Source of the DNA: Pseudomonadota bacterium
GTDB lineage: Bacteria > Pseudomonadota > Alphaproteobacteria > Sphingomonadales > CAKZYD01
NCBI GenBank assembly: GCA_039030675.1
Contig: JBCCDR010000001.1
Location: 1-26,810 of the forward strand
Direction: 5' to 3'
DNA length: 26,810 nt
Below, piece after piece: positions 23,553 through 26,810 of the stretch (position 1 is its first letter; each line of letters opens with the position of its first letter). The position numbers and the translations under genes are program-made. The notes below the pieces were generated by a model. It worked only from the letters and a program-made list of their open reading frames with translations, ran no database searches and was not told the origin of the DNA.

Positions 23553-24097
23553 GCGACCGGACGATTGATATCAAACCAGCTAGCGCTGAGGATTTAGCGC
23601 CCTATGGCACGCTGATTGCCACTGACCAATCGGTCCCAAAGCTGCCCATCACCTTCTATGATGGCGCTGTTGAAGTGCGCGTGCCTGGCACGTTTGAAAG
23701 CGAGGGCAAACCCCAATTGACGGTTTGCCGCGTGCAGCCGCGCCCGCTGGTGATTGACTATATGGAGCGCCATCCCCTCCACACGCAAAGCTTTGTGCCG
23801 CTGGGCGGCAAGCCCTTTGTGGTGGTGTTTGGCAAACCCTCTGAGGAGATGCCCGGGCCGGATGACTTAGAGGCGTTTGTCTTTGATGGTTCCAGCGGCT
23901 TTATGATGAACAAAGACGTCTGGCATGAATTCCCGTTTGCGCTGGAAGACGATACCGATTTGATTGTGCTGCTGAGCGCGCAGACCAATGCCAATCTGCA
24001 GCAAGACCCCAACGGCATGGGCGAAGCACAAGGCCCAGACCTGGACAAGCGCAATTATCGCAAACGCGTTGGCGACATAGAGTTGGTCGGCGTTTAA
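23549..24097 (+). CDS. Ureidoglycolate lyase (AllA)-like cupin protein
   Basis: APYG.LI, YMERHPLHTQSFVPLGGKPFVVV, LEAFVFDG..G and VWHE.PFAL. ATGA overlap with MAPEG. True substrate unverified. Confidence 0.8.
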   Translation: MSDRTIDIKPASAEDLAPYGTLIATDQSVPKLPITFYDGAVEVRVPGTFESEGKPQLTVCRVQPRPLVIDYMERHPLHTQSFVPLGGKPFVVVFGKPSEEMPGPDDLEAFVFDGSSGFMMNKDVWHEFPFALEDDTDLIVLLSAQTNANLQQDPNGMGEAQGPDLDKRNYRKRVGDIELVGV

Positions 24098-24155
24098 TCT
24101 GACCAAAGTGCAACAAAGCCCTTTAACGCTTATCGCCCCCAGACGATAAAGCGCT

Positions 24156-25976
24156 ATGCCGTTTTTTCCTTCCCCGCACCGCTATTGTGTCTTTGAAGAC
24201 AGCCGCACCGCGCCTGATGCGCAGTTTCTTGGCGGCGCGGGCCTGCTACTGGACAATCCAGTGCGGACAATCAAGGCCGAAGTGCTTGACGCGGTGGTGC
24301 CTGCTTTGGGCGCCCTTCAAAGCGCGGCTGAGGACGGACTTTATGCCGCAGGCTATGTTGCCTATGAGGCAGCGGCTGCCTTTGGCGCGGAGTTTGCGGT
24401 GCACGCGAACGACCCTGCACTGCCGCTTCTGGAATTTGATATCTTTGAGGATGCGACGCCCTTAAGTGCGCGCGGCCTTGAGGCGTTTTGGCGGTCAAAA
24501 ACACTCACGCGGCCCAGCGGCGCGCTGGAGCGGAAAAAGCCCGCCCTGAGCGCGGGGCAGTATGAGGCCGCTATCGATGCAATAAAAGACTATCTGGCCG
24601 CCGGCGATATCTACCAAGCCAACTACACCTTTCCGATTGCCTTGGACGCGCAAGGGTCAGCCGAGAGCGTGTATGCGCGCTTACGGCGCAGTCAGCCGTC
24701 CGCCTTCTCCAGCTTTTTAGCACTGGGCGAGCGCCATGTTTTGAGCGTGTCGCCAGAGCAGTTTTTTCAGCGCCAGGGCGACGCCATTGCAACACAGCCA
24801 ATGAAAGGCACATTGCCCACCAGCCCTGGCAATAGCGCAGACGCGCTCCAATCCGACCCCAAAAACCGCGCTGAGAATCTGATGATCACAGACCTGCTGC
24901 GCAACGACTTAAGCCGCATCGCCATACCCGGCAGCGTGGCGGTTTCAGACTTATTTGCCGTCATGCGCCTGCCAAGCGTGTTTCAGATGACGTCCACCAT
25001 CACCGCCGCGCTGAAGGAAGGCACGTCGCTGGCTGATATCTTTGCAGCCTTGTTCCCCTGCGGCTCTATCACCGGTGCGCCCAAAGTGCGCGCCATGGAG
25101 ATTATCCGGGCCTTAGAACAGGGGCCGCGCGGCATCTATTGCGGCGCTATCGGGCTGATTAAACCCGGCGGCGATGCAAGCTTCTGCGTGCCCATTCGCA
25201 CGGTCGTCGATACACCTACGCGCACCCAAGTGAATGTGGGCAGCGGCATCGTGGCGGATAGCACGTCAGGCCAGGAATTTGGCGAAAGCCTCCTCAAAGC
25301 AGAATATCTCACCTCCCCCGCCGCCGACTTTGCGCTGATTGAGACGCTTGCTTTTGAGGCTCGCAGCACGGCCTTCACGCTGCCACCGCTGTGGCCCTGG
25401 CACATCGCCCGGCTGAGGGCCAGCGCTGAGGACCTTGGCTTCGCCAAGCCGGATGAAACACAGCTCGCCGGCGCTTTTGAAGGCTTGGCTGAGACGCTGA
25501 GCCCAGGACAGTATAAAGTGCGCTTGCTCTACGCCCGGCGCGGCGACTTTACTTTAAGCGCCGAGCCTTTGCTGAGCGAGCAGGGCGCAACCGTCTTCCG
25601 CCTCAGGCGCGGGCGCCTGCCGCAGATGACGGCGCAGTCCCAAATGTTCTTGCGCTATAAAACCAGCCTGCGCTGGTTCTATGCAGACGCCCTAGCGGCA
25701 GCCAAAACTGCTGGCGCCTGCGATGACGTGCTGCTGGTTGATGACGAGGGCATGGTCCAAGAAGGCAGCTACACCAACATCTTTGTGCAAGACGGCGACA
25801 GCTTGATCACGCCGCCAGCGACCGGCGCTCTGCTGCCTGGGGTCTTGCGGCAGCAGCTGCTCGATACGGGCGCTGCAAAAGAAGCGCCGCTTCACATCAG
25901 CCAGCTGGAAAGTGCACAGGGCCTTTTCATCGGGAACGCAGTGAGAGGCCTGAAACCAGCGCAGCTCGTGGATTAA
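24156..25976 (+). CDS. pabB: Aminodeoxychorismate synthase component I fused to an aminotransferase class IV / ADC lyase domain (PabB-PabC)
   Basis: GDIYQANYT, LSVSPEQFF, PMKGT, KNRAENLMITDLLRNDL, FPCGSITGAPKVRAMEII, RGIYCGAIG and GSGIVADS. C-terminal YKTSLR, EGSYTNIF, LLPGVLRQQLL and GNAVRGL. Confidence 0.93.
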   Translation: MPFFPSPHRYCVFEDSRTAPDAQFLGGAGLLLDNPVRTIKAEVLDAVVPALGALQSAAEDGLYAAGYVAYEAAAAFGAEFAVHANDPALPLLEFDIFEDATPLSARGLEAFWRSKTLTRPSGALERKKPALSAGQYEAAIDAIKDYLAAGDIYQANYTFPIALDAQGSAESVYARLRRSQPSAFSSFLALGERHVLSVSPEQFFQRQGDAIATQPMKGTLPTSPGNSADALQSDPKNRAENLMITDLLRNDLSRIAIPGSVAVSDLFAVMRLPSVFQMTSTITAALKEGTSLADIFAALFPCGSITGAPKVRAMEIIRALEQGPRGIYCGAIGLIKPGGDASFCVPIRTVVDTPTRTQVNVGSGIVADSTSGQEFGESLLKAEYLTSPAADFALIETLAFEARSTAFTLPPLWPWHIARLRASAEDLGFAKPDETQLAGAFEGLAETLSPGQYKVRLLYARRGDFTLSAEPLLSEQGATVFRLRRGRLPQMTAQSQMFLRYKTSLRWFYADALAAAKTAGACDDVLLVDDEGMVQEGSYTNIFVQDGDSLITPPATGALLPGVLRQQLLDTGAAKEAPLHISQLESAQGLFIGNAVRGLKPAQLVD

Positions 25977-26049
25977 AGACCCTAACAGCAACGCTTTTTT
26001 AGGAATACCGGGGAATACTGTTCGTTCATGGCTGATAAAGCTGTGAACG

Positions 26050-26142
26050 CCTAGGAAACCGCAAACCGTTGGCAACAGCGGGACGCAAAGCTACCGGTCC
26101 GGTGCCCATGTAAGCATTCGGATGGCGGGGCTGCCGAATAGG
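26050..26142 (+). ncRNA. c-di-GMP-I (GEMM) riboswitch aptamer
   Basis: GCAAA-CCGTTG-GCAA-CAGCGG-GACGCAAAGC gives P2 with a GNRA tetraloop and the conserved GACGCAAAGC. P3 runs from GCTACCGG, with hairpin TCCGGTGC/GCATTCGGA, to GCGGGGCTGCCGAA. P1 is CCTA (26050-53)/TAGG (26139-42). It aligns position by position with the Vibrio cholerae Vc2 aptamer as I recall it. Confidence 0.92.
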
Positions 26143-26195
26143 AAACAAAGATTACACATGCCCCCGCATCTCACACCGCGCTCAATGCTAATTAG

Positions 26196-26348
26196 GGAAA
26201 CGGCTGGATTAAAAGCGACGATGGCCTTGACCATGTCCAAGCCCTGGCCCGCCAACTGGTGCGTCATTTAGGCGAATCAGGTGCGCGCAAGACCTGCCAG
26301 GACAACCACTGGAGCGGCGTTCTCTCAGCCATAGACGCTTTGAACTAA
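26196..26348 (+). CDS. Possible small protein downstream of the riboswitch (start codon unresolved)
   Basis: Open frame GNGWIKSDDGLDHVQALARQLVRHLGESGARKTCQDNHWSGVLSAIDALN* looks helical and protein-like but has no ATG, GTG or TTG near its 5' end. ATT 26208 lies 8 nt after AGGGAA. An overlapping 37-aa ATG frame (26158-26271) is the alternative. Confidence 0.3.
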   Translation, partial: GNGWIKSDDGLDHVQALARQLVRHLGESGARKTCQDNHWSGVLSAIDALN

Positions 26349-26794
26349 GTCAAACGACGCAAGATTCGTTTTTCACAGGACGCTGCTTCGCTGGCGTTTT
26401 GTCACGTCTCACAAATCTGTAAACCAGCGTGGACACATCGCCTGGATGCTCTCCATTTGTCCGCGTTCGTTCCGGCTGTTTCATAAATTCACAGCTTGAC
26501 CGAAATTTTTCCTTTCATTGGCAGCAATTTCTTGGATTATGCACGCCGTCCGCACGTTAGGGTAAAAGCTCGGCGCGTGGTCAGTAGGGGATGTTGGAAG
26601 CAAGCACCGCGCAAAACCGGCTGAGCGAAGAAGAAAAATTCAATCGCTCTTCCAGTCTGCGGCGTAACCTTTCGTCATTTCATGTTGGATTGACTCATGT
26701 CAGAAGTGCGCTAGCCTTTCTGATCTGGGGGTCCGTGTTTTACGACTGCTTAGGCAATGGCCGCCCAAGGCCCAAACCGTTTGTAGGAAGACGA

Positions 26795-26810
26795 ATGCTA
26801 ACCAAAAAAC
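26795..26810 (+). CDS. Probable start of a gene running off the right edge (MLTKK...)
   Basis: AGGAAG RBS-like sequence 4 nt upstream of ATG 26795. Only 5 codons are visible. Confidence 0.3.

Noticed and set aside
24127-24153. Hairpin (CGCTTATCG/CGATAAAGCG) just before the pabB start as a folate-related regulatory RNA
   Set aside because: It is a single 9-bp stem with no resemblance to THF or other known riboswitch cores, and the spacer is only 58 nt.
24156-25976. PabB-PabC fusion as a novelty
   Set aside because: This fusion is a known, widespread architecture in Proteobacteria.
26190-26215. Programmed -1 frameshift at GGGAAAC joining the two post-riboswitch frames
   Set aside because: The heptamer is phased for the frame that is already closed by the TAG just upstream, not for the ATG 26158 frame.
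26352-26400. Terminator(s) after the riboswitch-associated ORF
   Set aside because: The AAACGA/TCGTTT stem is 6 bp with an 8-nt loop and a short U-tract, and the adjacent GACGCTG/TGGCGTT stem relies on several wobbles. Possible but unsupported.
1-26810. CRISPR arrays, tRNA/rRNA genes, IS elements, DGR or invertible tail-fibre cassettes
   Set aside because: I saw no regularly spaced direct repeats, cloverleaf or rRNA signatures, transposase, reverse transcriptase, recombinase, or duplicated fibre 3' ends.

Overview
The window comes from a GC-rich alphaproteobacterium; the gene set resembles Sphingomonadales or close relatives, which is an inference. Bases ~995-19879 (minus strand) hold an apparently intact RcGTA-type gene transfer agent (GTA) head-tail operon. 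In order it encodes TerS, TerL, portal, DUF6127, prohead protease, major capsid, head-tail connector and closure, tail terminator, tail tube, two chaperones, a short tape measure, a DUF2460 distal-tail fusion, DUF2163 hub, NlpC/P60 peptidase, a g15-like baseplate protein and DUF2793. No integrase, replication or recognisable lysis genes are present. Directly upstream sit a DUF6456 (GafA/GafZ-like) gene and a divergent XRE/CI-like repressor. Together with a near-consensus sigma70 promoter and two strong terminators inside the operon, this gives a compact 'cI | Q | late promoter | late genes' layout. The operon carries several extras: an 874-aa head-spike-like protein that appears to be split by a beta-helix insert, two small partner genes, a two-TM protein, a secreted 88-aa cassette, a long unexplained hairpin before the portal gene, and an internal RBS/ATG that could yield a short distal-tail isoform. 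Host genes flank the cluster: an OmpA-like beta-barrel with a poly-Pro linker (partial), an acyl-CoA dehydrogenase, MAPEG, an AllA-like cupin and a PabB-PabC fusion. A c-di-GMP-I (GEMM) riboswitch follows, with an atypical C at the specificity position. All family assignments come from motif recognition by eye; no database searches were run.
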